DNA from: an uncultured virus (IMG/VR IMGVR_UViG_3300027747_002439)
Lineage: Duplodnaviria > Heunggongvirae > Uroviricota > Caudoviricetes
Reading direction: 5' to 3' (one strand)
DNA length: 64,000 nt
Virus record (IMG/VR): IMGVR_UViG_3300027747_002439
Coordinates: 1-64,000 of that record
Shown: positions 9,050 through 18,259 of the stretch, piece after piece
Numbering within the stretch: the first letter of the stretch is position 1
Layout: each line of letters opens with the position of its first letter
Notes under the pieces: generated by a model
The model's database searches: none
The model's input: the letters and a program-made list of their open reading frames with translations, nothing else
What the model was told of the DNA's origin: nothing
Program-made: the position numbers and the translations under genes

Positions 9050-9975
9050 CCGATCCAATAAGAATCTCAAACTCGGAGATTCAAACCTTCAAGGACTGCC
9101 GCAGACGATGGTGGCTTAGCTACTACCGTCGCCTTCAACCTAGAACTCAGCAGATGACTGGTGCTCTTGCACTTGGATCTCGTGTTCACGAAGCTCTTGA
9201 TATGTACTACGGCAAAGGTATTCCACTTCTTGAGGCTCACTCTGAACTTGTTGCAAAAGATAAGCTCATTCTTGAGGAATCATTTCGCGATACCTACGAT
9301 TTAGACTCTGAGGCAGAGCTTGGACGCATTATGCTCGAGGGTTACCTTCAATGGGTAGATGAAAATGGAATTGACGCAGAACTAGAGATGATTTCTACTG
9401 AAGAGATCATCGAGATGCCTTTGCTTAACGGTGAGGTTATCCTTCAAGGTAAGATTGATATGCGTGTTCGTCGCAAGGCTGACGGAGTGCGCATGTTTAG
9501 AGACTTTAAGACAGTCGGCGGCTCATTTACCGACTTCTCTGCCATGGCGCACATGAACGAACAGATTCTTACTTATATGATGCTTGAAACAGCGCAAAAT
9601 AAAGAAGGTGAACGCTCTGAAGGCGGAATCTTTACTATGCTTAAGAAGGTTAAGCGCTCTGCAAATGCAAAGCCTCCTTTCTATGAGCAAATTGAGGTAC
9701 GACATAATGTTTTTGCCTTGCGCTCGTTTTGGCAACGTATCCACGGTGTTTTAACAAACATGATGGACGCACGTAAGGCGCTTCAAGAAGGTGGAGATCA
9801 TCGTTTTATCGTGTACCCTAGTCCTTCGCGCGACTGCAAGTGGAAATGCTCATTCTTCTCAATATGTCCGATGTTTGACGACGGTTCAGCAGCTGAAGCT
9901 GCACTTGAAGACGCGTTCCAACCTTCGGATCCATATGCCTATTACGGCGTTGAAGAGAAGAAGGGTAACGCTTAA
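9046..9975 (+). CDS. PD-(D/E)XK exonuclease, Cas4/RecB-like, with four Cys
   Basis: N-terminal DCRRRW, GKID...DFKT, C-terminal CKWKC...C. Confidence 0.85.
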   Translation: MTDPIRISNSEIQTFKDCRRRWWLSYYRRLQPRTQQMTGALALGSRVHEALDMYYGKGIPLLEAHSELVAKDKLILEESFRDTYDLDSEAELGRIMLEGYLQWVDENGIDAELEMISTEEIIEMPLLNGEVILQGKIDMRVRRKADGVRMFRDFKTVGGSFTDFSAMAHMNEQILTYMMLETAQNKEGERSEGGIFTMLKKVKRSANAKPPFYEQIEVRHNVFALRSFWQRIHGVLTNMMDARKALQEGGDHRFIVYPSPSRDCKWKCSFFSICPMFDDGSAAEAALEDAFQPSDPYAYYGVEEKKGNA

Positions 9976-10011
9976 TAATGTTACAAACAAACAAAGAGAT
10001 GAAAGGAAACA

Positions 10012-10791
10012 GTGATGTCTGACGTACAACGTTCGTTGACAATCATGGTTTACGGCGAATCAAAGGTTGGTAAATCAACCTTCGCAGTAACCGCACCATA
10101 TCCGCGTCTCATGCTTGACGTTGAGGGTGGGCACAGATTCCTACCTATCACCGTTAAGTATTGGGACCCTATTAGAGAAGAACCTCCAGTTGCTGATGGC
10201 ACCTGGGATACTGTAGTCGTTAACGTTCGCGACTACGATGTTGTTCTCAAAACATTCCAGTGGTTACAAACTGGAAAGCATCAGTTCAAGTCACTTATCA
10301 TTGACTCTATCTCTGAACTTCAAGTGAAGTGCATGGATTCAATTGCAGGCACTGAACAAATGAAGATGCAACAATGGGGCGAGCTACTTCGTCACATGGG
10401 TGCGCTATTGCGTGATCTGCGTGACTTAACAATGCACCCTACACAACCATTAGAAGCTGTTGTATTGACTGCTATGGCACGCCCTGGAGCAGACGGTCGT
10501 TCACGTCCGTACCTACAGGGTCAGCTTGCAATTCAAGCACCTTACTTCTATGACATCCTTGGCGCAATTACAGTAGAAACGTTTCCTAATCCGGACCCAC
10601 TGCAATCACCGTTTAAGGCACGTCGTATGTACGTAGAACGCACAGACGAATACGAAGCAGGCGAGCGAGTACAAGGTCGACTTGGAAAGATCGTTGAACA
10701 AGAAAACCTTGGAATCGAACGCATGCTTGACATGATTTTCGGTCCAAGTGTACCAGCAGTAACACCACCAACAACTAAGTCAGGAGAATAA
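10012..10791 (+). CDS. AAA_24/Sak4-like ATPase (recombinase)
   Basis: YGESKVGKST Walker A, IIDSISE Walker B; lies between the nuclease and SSB. Confidence 0.85.
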   Translation: MMSDVQRSLTIMVYGESKVGKSTFAVTAPYPRLMLDVEGGHRFLPITVKYWDPIREEPPVADGTWDTVVVNVRDYDVVLKTFQWLQTGKHQFKSLIIDSISELQVKCMDSIAGTEQMKMQQWGELLRHMGALLRDLRDLTMHPTQPLEAVVLTAMARPGADGRSRPYLQGQLAIQAPYFYDILGAITVETFPNPDPLQSPFKARRMYVERTDEYEAGERVQGRLGKIVEQENLGIERMLDMIFGPSVPAVTPPTTKSGE

Positions 10792-10796
10792 ACCAG

Positions 10797-11327
10797 ATGA
10801 GTTCACTCAATTGGGGCGATCTTGTAAAAGACGCCGGAGATGTAGGCAGTTTCGAACCACTACCAGATGGTGACTACGATCTCGTAGTTCAGGAAGCTGT
10901 TGCAAAGGTTTCACAATCAGGCAAGACTATGTTCTCGCTTAAAGCACAGGTCCAGGGCGGCGCACATAACAAGCGTCTTGTTTGGGATAACTTAGTTGTT
11001 ACTCCAGAATCACCTGCTGCTCTTGGTATGTTTTTCCGCAAGATGGCAGCTCTCGGTCTAGGCCGTGAGTTCTTTGCAACCAGTCCTTCTAACGCTGCAA
11101 TCGAGCAGGCAGTTAAGGGTCGCGCATTTCGTGCACAAGTTGGCTCTCGCACATGGCAAGGCCAAAAGAAGAACGAAATTAAGATGTACTATGTAGCTAC
11201 AGCGCCAGCAGGTATTCCTGCTTCCCCTGCAGCTGCAGCGCCTGCACCAGCGCCTGCACCTGCACCAGCGCCTGCACCTGCACCAGCGCCAGTAGTTGCT
11301 GCTGCTCCACCTTCAGCACCCTTCTAA
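10797..11327 (+). CDS. DUF669-like single-stranded DNA-binding protein
   Basis: FEPLPDGDY...SQSGKTM motif; Pro-Ala linker ending in PF. Confidence 0.8.
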   Translation: MSSLNWGDLVKDAGDVGSFEPLPDGDYDLVVQEAVAKVSQSGKTMFSLKAQVQGGAHNKRLVWDNLVVTPESPAALGMFFRKMAALGLGREFFATSPSNAAIEQAVKGRAFRAQVGSRTWQGQKKNEIKMYYVATAPAGIPASPAAAAPAPAPAPAPAPAPAPAPVVAAAPPSAPF

Positions 11328-11352
11328 ATAGTACGCTAAGTACGTCTGGTTT

Positions 11353-11384
11353 ATCACCTATTCCTGGTACAGTGAATAGGTGAT
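11353..11384 (+). other. intergenic hairpin with 11-bp stem
   Basis: ATCACCTATTC...GAATAGGTGAT with no U tract; attenuator or processing site. Confidence 0.55.
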
Positions 11385-11408
11385 ATTCCAAATCTACTTA
11401 GAAAGGTA

Positions 11409-12626
11409 GTGGGTATGAAGATAATCGTTACGGGTTTTACTGCGCTCCAGATTAACACTGAGAAGCGCACAATCCAAAAAATTGACGTGCCTGCTTCTAT
11501 CGTCAAAGCATTACGAGAAGCTGGTCACGATGTTGATTGGCGCAAGGTTACTCCTGGCGAGGATCTGTCGTCTTATGATGCAGCGTGGGTAAACCTTGCA
11601 CCGTTAAACTCACTTAACGGACGTCAAGGCGCTATGGGTGCGCTATACGTTTTATCATCAGGCTTGCCTTGCGTAGGATTCTTTGATGATTGGCAAACAA
11701 ATACAGTATTTAACGGCGCTCGCGCTTTAATTCGTAAACCAGAGATGTTGTATAAGCATCTACTTGTAGGAACTGAACATCGCGGTGACGAAGGCGCAAC
11801 TTACTTTAGTCGTGCAGATATTGACGCAGCTCTCGAGCGTGTCAGAGAATTAAACCCGGCGGCCGCTAAGAAGTGCTACGTTGAACGTTACTACATGATG
11901 GATACAGACGAGAACGTTCAGCCTTATGAAAAACGTTTAGTAGAGGCAGCACGTGATCTCATAGCAGATCGTTGGACTGCAGGTATGGTTCCAGTTTGTC
12001 CTATGTATTCTTTCGGTGATAGATCTATCGTGCGCAAGCGCATGCCTGTTGAGCTAGGACCTATTGAAGCTCTTGACCCAACATCAACTGTAATTCCAAC
12101 ACTTCAACCAGTAACTGCGCTTCAGCCAGAGCACAAGAAAAAGGCTTGGGTTCTTGGAGCTCTTATGCCACATGACACCTGGCTTGAAAGAAAAAATCCT
12201 GATTGGCATGTAGAAATTGTAGGCAGTCGTAAACTTATTAAGAAGCTTGGCGGCCAACGTTTTGATACCGAACAAGATGTACTTGAATTTTACAACAAGC
12301 ACTGGGGAATTCTTTCTCCACCGTATCCACACGCTGGTTCTGGTTGGTGGCGCTCACGTTTCCTCTACGCAGCGCATGTCGGCTCTATTCTTGTAACCGA
12401 TAAGGGTGAGGGCGATCCATTAGGTGATGCGTATAAGTTAAAGATTCCTGATGTTGAAAAGATGACAGACACGCAATTGCATGAAGCAGCAATGGCGCAA
12501 CGCGCCGCTCTTGCTCCATATTTACCAGAATACTCCGCATTTGTTGAACACTGTGACCGTATCATTAAGCGTGCAGTTGCAGAAGATAAAGGCATAGCAA
12601 GAAATGCAGACGGTACTCTCGTATGA
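11409..12626 (+). CDS. GT-B glycosyltransferase resembling T4 DNA beta-glucosyltransferase (paralog 1)
   Basis: DLSSYDAAWVNLAPLN, FFDDWQ and GWWRSRF...ILVTD recall T4 BGT segments DVNDYDRLIVVN, LFTDIR and TLRVWE...MLID (from memory). Confidence 0.65.
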   Translation: MGMKIIVTGFTALQINTEKRTIQKIDVPASIVKALREAGHDVDWRKVTPGEDLSSYDAAWVNLAPLNSLNGRQGAMGALYVLSSGLPCVGFFDDWQTNTVFNGARALIRKPEMLYKHLLVGTEHRGDEGATYFSRADIDAALERVRELNPAAAKKCYVERYYMMDTDENVQPYEKRLVEAARDLIADRWTAGMVPVCPMYSFGDRSIVRKRMPVELGPIEALDPTSTVIPTLQPVTALQPEHKKKAWVLGALMPHDTWLERKNPDWHVEIVGSRKLIKKLGGQRFDTEQDVLEFYNKHWGILSPPYPHAGSGWWRSRFLYAAHVGSILVTDKGEGDPLGDAYKLKIPDVEKMTDTQLHEAAMAQRAALAPYLPEYSAFVEHCDRIIKRAVAEDKGIARNADGTLV

Positions 12627-13669
12627 GTAAAATTCTTATCACAGGTATGACTGCATCTCATGCGTCAGAGAAGGCTAACCTGCGCTCGTTATCTTTTGCC
12701 GGAGTAATGAGACGTGTTCTTGAACAACAAGGTCACGAGGTTATTCAGGAAAACCCAGAGGTATCCTGGAACACAAAGGATCTTGAACAATACGACGCGG
12801 TACTTGTCGGCATCAGCCCTATTACAAGTTTAAGTGCAAATCATGTCTATGGTGCGTTAAGTGTTATGGATGTGCTGCTTGATTCACCTAAGCTGCATCT
12901 ATTTATTGACGCGCCAGAGCCTGCAAAGATTACTGCAAGCCTACGCGCAATGGTTAAGACGCCTGACAACCTCACCAAGCCTTTTTACTCGTACCGCAAG
13001 GGATTTAGCCACGCGTCGGAATCGAACATGCTTAATAACCTTATAGAGGTAATAGAGGACCTTCTCACAAAGCCTTGGCCTGTAACGTTGTATCCGTCAT
13101 TGCCATGGACAAACGAGGAAGAGCACGTTGCAAATCTTTTACCTGAAGGAGCGCGTGATTCTCTTAAGGCAATTAACTTAGATTCATTTTTAATCTCAAC
13201 ACAGGACATGATTGAGACAGAGCGTCGTGATAAGTGGGCAGTGGAAAATTACTCTACGCGATGGGTTAAAACAACTACGGCTACATTGTCAAATCCTACT
13301 GTCCCTATGAAGTGGAACAAGTCATGGAGCGACGCGCAGGTTGATGTACAAATTGCAGCTAGCATAGGCGCTCTTATTCCACCGTATTCTTCAAGCACGT
13401 GGTGGAGTTATAGATACGCTCAATGCATGAACGCATTAACTGCAATCGCTACAGACTGGAAAGAAAGTAGTATTCTTGGGTCTTCCTGGACGCATCTTGC
13501 CTCAAGTATTGAAAGTATGTCCCAGGAGGAGCGTACTACGCTTGCACTAGAACAACGTAAGACGTATCTAGCGAGCATTCCTACACGAAGAGAAGCAACC
13601 ATAAACCTAACACAGGCGTTAGGTTTATTTACGAGAAAAGAGCAAACCAATGTCTATCTTGTTCAATAA
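12623..13669 (+). CDS. GT-B glycosyltransferase-like protein (paralog 2)
   Basis: Colinear similarity to 11409: KILITG, GHEV, YDAVLV..SP..SL, GAL, FID, PPY..TWW..R. Confidence 0.6.
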   Translation: MSKILITGMTASHASEKANLRSLSFAGVMRRVLEQQGHEVIQENPEVSWNTKDLEQYDAVLVGISPITSLSANHVYGALSVMDVLLDSPKLHLFIDAPEPAKITASLRAMVKTPDNLTKPFYSYRKGFSHASESNMLNNLIEVIEDLLTKPWPVTLYPSLPWTNEEEHVANLLPEGARDSLKAINLDSFLISTQDMIETERRDKWAVENYSTRWVKTTTATLSNPTVPMKWNKSWSDAQVDVQIAASIGALIPPYSSSTWWSYRYAQCMNALTAIATDWKESSILGSSWTHLASSIESMSQEERTTLALEQRKTYLASIPTRREATINLTQALGLFTRKEQTNVYLVQ

Positions 13670-14135
13670 CTGGTTAAGACGTACACGTGATCTACAAAAA
13701 GATGTGTACTTTATTAACTATGAAGAAATGGAAGGCGATAAGCCTCAAAATATTCGTCGTCTAGTTGAGTATATGCGTTGGAACATGCTCGCCATCGATG
13801 ACGAACTTGCAGAGATGCGTCAGGCAATATCGTGGAAGCCTTGGCAACATGATGCTCCATACGCAGATCGTGAAGAGATCATCAAGGAGGCTGTTGACGT
13901 CTTGCACTTTGTCGCAAATATCATCGTTGCGGCGGGCGGAACTGACGAGATGCTCGATAAGTTCTATCTTGAAAAGATGGAACGCAACAAGGAACGCCAG
14001 CTTAATGGGTACAAGGTTAAGGACGTAGGAGTAAAGTGTACTCTATGTCAGCGCGCAATTGATGACGTCGGCCGCGGCGCAAGCCCGGATATGTGTGCTA
14101 AATGTTTGCCTAAGGAGGTAGATTACAGTGCCTGA
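13650..14135 (+). CDS. all-alpha dCTPase/dUTPase, T4 gp56-like
   Basis: AIDDE..E...WKPW, E.VDVLHF..N, Y..K...N..RQ.NGY; C-terminal CxxC..CxxC. Confidence 0.85.
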   Translation: MSILFNNWLRRTRDLQKDVYFINYEEMEGDKPQNIRRLVEYMRWNMLAIDDELAEMRQAISWKPWQHDAPYADREEIIKEAVDVLHFVANIIVAAGGTDEMLDKFYLEKMERNKERQLNGYKVKDVGVKCTLCQRAIDDVGRGASPDMCAKCLPKEVDYSA

Positions 14136-14547
14136 GATTAACAAAGAGTGGATTAAAGAACAAATGCAGGAGGCAAAGGTTAAGGTAGGAGTTGGAAATG
14201 CACTACTAAAACTTCTTTCCGCGTGGGAACCTTTGAAGTTATCTAATCCTCAGCAAAAAGAGGTATTAGCGCTATTTAACCAACTTGCACTTGGCTACGC
14301 TATAACACCAGAGGTTGCTAATGAGATATGGGTTGACGCACAACCAGGAGCGATTACTGTTGGAGATCAGGTACGCGTAAAACTTGACGCATATCAAGGA
14401 TCTACTGGTGCGATGCATAACGGACGCAGAGGTAAGGTTGTTGGAATTCGCTATGGCGATATTATCTTTAAGTCTAATGACGACAAGCAGCCTGTACTTG
14501 ATGGCTCACACTACGCGCCTTATCAACTTCAGAAGAAAGTTCAATAA
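14128..14547 (+). CDS. hypothetical protein with SH3/KOW-like C-terminus
   Basis: VGDQVRV...GRRGKVVG. Confidence 0.7.
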   Translation: MPEINKEWIKEQMQEAKVKVGVGNALLKLLSAWEPLKLSNPQQKEVLALFNQLALGYAITPEVANEIWVDAQPGAITVGDQVRVKLDAYQGSTGAMHNGRRGKVVGIRYGDIIFKSNDDKQPVLDGSHYAPYQLQKKVQ

Positions 14548-14750
14548 TGAGATCTACAGTTGAGTTCTACATTACAGGATCTACCTTAACTGAGATTATG
14601 GAAGGTGCTAAGAAGCGTTGGCAAGATTTTTGCGGTGACGAAAGCGCAACCTTGCCTACGGACTCAGAGTTGCAGATCAAGGATAAACTTGATGACGGCA
14701 ACATACTTACAGGGATCATCACTATTCGCACGAAGGTAGAAGACAAATGA
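14547..14750 (+). CDS. hypothetical protein
   Basis: Translationally coupled ORF. Confidence 0.65.
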   Translation: MRSTVEFYITGSTLTEIMEGAKKRWQDFCGDESATLPTDSELQIKDKLDDGNILTGIITIRTKVEDK

Positions 14751-15067
14751 CAGAAAATGATGCAGTAGTTCAGTATCGCGTTGAGGCTTTACGCGAGGCC
14801 GCAAAAATAATTGCAGGTGATAGGGACGCGCAATACGGAAGACCTGAGGAAAACTTTGCACGTATATCGAAGGTATGGTCAATGATTCTTGGAGTCGATA
14901 TATCTACCGAAGACGTTGCAATGATGATGGTCGGGTTAAAGGTTGCACGCTACGCAAACAAGTCTGGGTTCCAGGGAGACACTTGGATTGACATCGCGGG
15001 ATACGCGGGTTGCGGGTATGAGGTAGGTATGTTGGAGCTAGAAAAGAACGCTAATCTTTCTGCGTAA
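14747..15067 (+). CDS. DUF6378-like protein
   Basis: GDR..QYG.PEENF..I...W, LKVAR, D.WIDIAGYA. Confidence 0.8.
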   Translation: MTENDAVVQYRVEALREAAKIIAGDRDAQYGRPEENFARISKVWSMILGVDISTEDVAMMMVGLKVARYANKSGFQGDTWIDIAGYAGCGYEVGMLELEKNANLSA

Positions 15068-15131
15068 ATAACGCGCGGTAAGTAAGATGTCGGTATAAGG
15101 TCCTACCCTAGGAACTACGAAGGGCTAAGCC

Positions 15132-16394
15132 TTGTCACAACATACCTTTATTGACTGCAACGGCCTTGCCGCGTTCATGAGTCTCGGCTTTGTGCAAAAT
15201 GACATGAAGATGATTCAACGCACTGGAACATTAAACTTTGGAAATGCTGTCGCAGATAACAACCGTCATCTTCTTGGAGATGACTGGACAGCAGAATTTT
15301 CAGATGATCCTAACGAATGGCGCGTGCAAAAAGCAGACATAGTTATGGGCTGTCCTCCCTGCTCTGGTTGGTCCGTATGGTCTGGCCCAGCAAATCGTGG
15401 ACCTGACTCTAAGGCGCACGAGCACACCGTAGCCTTTATGAAATACGCAGGACGAGTGAAACCACGCGCTATTGTTTTTGAGTGTGTTCAACAGGCGTAT
15501 ACACAGGGACGCGATGTAATGGTTAAGTATCGCGACATGGTTGAACAGATCTCAGGTAAAAAGTATGACCTATACCACGTTAAAGAAAACAACCTACAGG
15601 TTGGTGGATTTTCGTATCGTCCTCGCTACTTCTGGGTAGCAGTTGAATCAGGGCTTAAGTTTTCAACTCCGATTACCGAGCCAAAAGAACTTCCACGCAT
15701 TATGGACATCATCGGTGATCTTGCGGAGATGCCTCAGACATGGAACAAGCAAAAGTACACCGCGCCTGCTCCTTCTAAGTGGGTTAAGCATCTACGCACA
15801 AAGGACGGAATGGTTGACGGTCACATCGGTAAAACAAATATTCATGCGCAGCGCATTGAAGAGATCTTTAGTATCATCGGAAATGACGGCTGGGAAGGAA
15901 ATGGCGACACTGGGCAAGCGCTAAAGAAAGCGGTAGACTTAAACGACGGTAAGTTTCCGCAAAAATGGATTGACATTTCTCCTCGCGTTATTCGTAATAA
16001 CTTTAAGCTAGGGTTTTCACAGCCGTATCGTTGGAAAGAAGATCACTGGTGTAACGTATTGACTGGCTCCGCGCTAGATCACGTTGTTCACCCGACGCAG
16101 CCACGACTTATTACACATCGAGAATCTGCTCGTATGCAGGGACTTCCTGATGATTGGAATATTGAAGCTGCACGCGACTACTCACTTCTTGCGGCTGTAT
16201 GGGGAAAGGCTGTTCCAGTGCAGGCTGCCAACTGGCTTGGAAATGCTGTTAAGGATTCACTTGATGGGAATCCACAAGGACCAGACGCAGAGTTAATCGG
16301 AGATCGTGAATATCTTATCGACGCAGATAAGGGATTCTCTAGACACTACGCTAAGAAAAAGTGGTACAGTAGCCCTATGGAGACTGCTAGTTAA
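15132..16394 (+). CDS. atypical DNA cytosine-C5 methyltransferase homolog
   Basis: GCPPCSGWS (IV), FECV (VI), RPR (VIII), RESARMQG.PDDW (IX); motif I is degenerate (CNGLAAF) and motif X reads GKAV. Confidence 0.85.
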   Translation: MSQHTFIDCNGLAAFMSLGFVQNDMKMIQRTGTLNFGNAVADNNRHLLGDDWTAEFSDDPNEWRVQKADIVMGCPPCSGWSVWSGPANRGPDSKAHEHTVAFMKYAGRVKPRAIVFECVQQAYTQGRDVMVKYRDMVEQISGKKYDLYHVKENNLQVGGFSYRPRYFWVAVESGLKFSTPITEPKELPRIMDIIGDLAEMPQTWNKQKYTAPAPSKWVKHLRTKDGMVDGHIGKTNIHAQRIEEIFSIIGNDGWEGNGDTGQALKKAVDLNDGKFPQKWIDISPRVIRNNFKLGFSQPYRWKEDHWCNVLTGSALDHVVHPTQPRLITHRESARMQGLPDDWNIEAARDYSLLAAVWGKAVPVQAANWLGNAVKDSLDGNPQGPDAELIGDREYLIDADKGFSRHYAKKKWYSSPMETAS

Positions 16395-16693
16395 TGAGAA
16401 ATCTGCGCACGTATGATAGTGATCCCGTGCCAGTCTGCGAGCGCTGTTGGATTGAAGAAAACAGTTTGTGGGAAGCTGACAGCGTTGATATCAACGGCAA
16501 CATCATTACCCGTCTTATTAACGTCACCATACCCATCGAGCTATCCCCTGGTGCAGTTGGCGATTGCTACATATGTGGCCGTCTAACCGTTGTTGGAATA
16601 TATGTCTCATCCAGTGAACTTGATGGGCTAGACTTAGAGGAAGAACTTGAGGAAGAACCGGCACAGGAGGAGCCTAAGCCCGACGAGCTATAG
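16394..16693 (+). CDS. hypothetical zinc-binding protein with acidic tail
   Basis: CERC and CYIC motifs. Confidence 0.7.
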   Translation: MRNLRTYDSDPVPVCERCWIEENSLWEADSVDINGNIITRLINVTIPIELSPGAVGDCYICGRLTVVGIYVSSSELDGLDLEEELEEEPAQEEPKPDEL

Positions 16694-16732
16694 TTCCTGT
16701 TATAATTTACACAATGACGAACGGACGAATAC

Positions 16733-17260
16733 ATGCAAACATTTGTACCACAAACTGACTCCTTTGAGCGTATTGCTCAGGAGCTAGATAACAAGCGCCT
16801 TAACAAACAGGTACTTGAGGCATGGCAGCTTATGCTTGTCCTTACCTCGCTAAATCCACAAGGCGAGCACCGTGACCCTAAAGGCTGGCGCAATCACCCT
16901 GCGGCGAAGATGTGGGAAGGCCACGAAAAAGCCCTAGCCTTATACGCAACTACAATGTGTGACGAGTGGCTTAAGCGCGGTTACAAATCTACGATGATTC
17001 CTAAGATTCAAGGAACATTAACTCGCGCGCTTGAGCTAGATCGCATCAGCGACGAGCTAACATTCCCTTACTGGTTTAAGGATAAAGACACATACGAGCA
17101 AATCGCATCTACCCACAGGGTTGCGCTACTGCGTAAGGACTACGAGTGGTACTCACAGTTTGGCTGGCCAGAGGATAAAGGTTATCGCCCTGAGTATTAT
17201 CAATATCTATGGCCTGACGTCAACGGTGTCCTGCAACTAGGCACCTACAACAATATGTAG
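16733..17260 (+). CDS. pyrimidine-dimer DNA glycosylase family protein (DenV/MSMEG_6728-like)
   Basis: MQTF.P, LDNKRLNKQ..E, WRNHPA..MW.G, EW..RGY, H...LLRKD..WY. Confidence 0.85.
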   Translation: MQTFVPQTDSFERIAQELDNKRLNKQVLEAWQLMLVLTSLNPQGEHRDPKGWRNHPAAKMWEGHEKALALYATTMCDEWLKRGYKSTMIPKIQGTLTRALELDRISDELTFPYWFKDKDTYEQIASTHRVALLRKDYEWYSQFGWPEDKGYRPEYYQYLWPDVNGVLQLGTYNNM

Positions 17261-17399
17261 GCATTGCTCAGTGACTCTTAGAGACACTTTCATACCTATC
17301 CTGAGGTAATTTATTACTTAAAAATAATCTGCGTTTATCCGCGCAAACATCTACCTTGTAGTGTAATATTCCCTTAACGACAGCACGCTAAGGGGAATT

Positions 17400-17744
17400 G
17401 TGAAAGACTCACGTATAGGTGAGCTTTTGTGGAAGGAATGGACGGGTGAAGGCTACGAGCCTCTTCACGACTATTCGGTTACCTTCTTCACAGAGGATCA
17501 TGTAGATCTAGAGAACGAGCTTATTCGTCGCGCATTGGCATCTGCCCTCCAGCGTGACGGTGTATCCGTGTCATTAGGCAACGGATTTAAGTATCTTGAT
17601 TCTTCATTGATTAACTATGGCTATGCGGGAGAAGTAGATGGCGACAACGAGTTAACAGCATGTGATGAAGATGGCGAAACACGCGAAGGCGACGGTGTAG
17701 ACAACCTAACTCCTGTTACATGGGTTGAGGTAGTCGCAGAATGA
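17400..17744 (+). CDS. hypothetical acidic protein
   Basis: GTG start after the AAGGGG RBS. Confidence 0.7.
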   Translation: MKDSRIGELLWKEWTGEGYEPLHDYSVTFFTEDHVDLENELIRRALASALQRDGVSVSLGNGFKYLDSSLINYGYAGEVDGDNELTACDEDGETREGDGVDNLTPVTWVEVVAE

Positions 17745-18259
17745 GCGGATCGTTAGACTTAGGCTGGCAAAAAGATTCTGCATGTGGGCAACAGGTAAAC
17801 GACGAGTTTAAGGACTTCTTCTTTTCATCTGAGCCTGCAGAAAAATATCAAGCAAAGAATCTTTGCTTCTCATGTCCTGTAAGAAAAGAATGCTTAAAGT
17901 GGGCGTTAGAGCATAAGCAGATCTGGGGTATCTGGGGAGGAAAGGACGAAGGAGAAATTCGTCGCACACTTTCCGTATCATGGAACGGGCAGGAATCTCG
18001 ACGTCAACGTTTTCCGCAGTGTCCATTTTGTAATGCACGACCAAATAAACTTAAGACATTAGTTTTAGACGTTCCAGGCGGAGGGCGTTGGGCAACAATG
18101 CGTCTTGTTCAATGTGAGGCTTGTGATTTTACCTGGCGCTCACGAACAAGTGCAAATGCGGTTGATGCATATCATGTTCAACGCGAGGAAAAATTAGCAA
18201 AGAGCGAGCGCGACAAGGAAAAGAAAAAGAAGCCTAAGAAGGGAAAACCTCTACTGTAG
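17741..18259 (+). CDS. whiB: WhiB-family transcription factor fused to a zinc ribbon
   Basis: W...AC, C.SCPVR.ECL, GIWGG; then CPFC...CEAC and a basic tail. Confidence 0.9.
   Translation: MSGSLDLGWQKDSACGQQVNDEFKDFFFSSEPAEKYQAKNLCFSCPVRKECLKWALEHKQIWGIWGGKDEGEIRRTLSVSWNGQESRRQRFPQCPFCNARPNKLKTLVLDVPGGGRWATMRLVQCEACDFTWRSRTSANAVDAYHVQREEKLAKSERDKEKKKKPKKGKPLL

Noticed and set aside
9046..9975. Cas4-like nuclease as evidence of a CRISPR-Cas system
   Set aside because: No cas1, cas2 or array; it sits in a standard phage nuclease-Sak4-SSB recombination module
11230..11300. GCACCAGCGCCT tandem repeats
   Set aside because: They encode the Pro-Ala linker of the SSB
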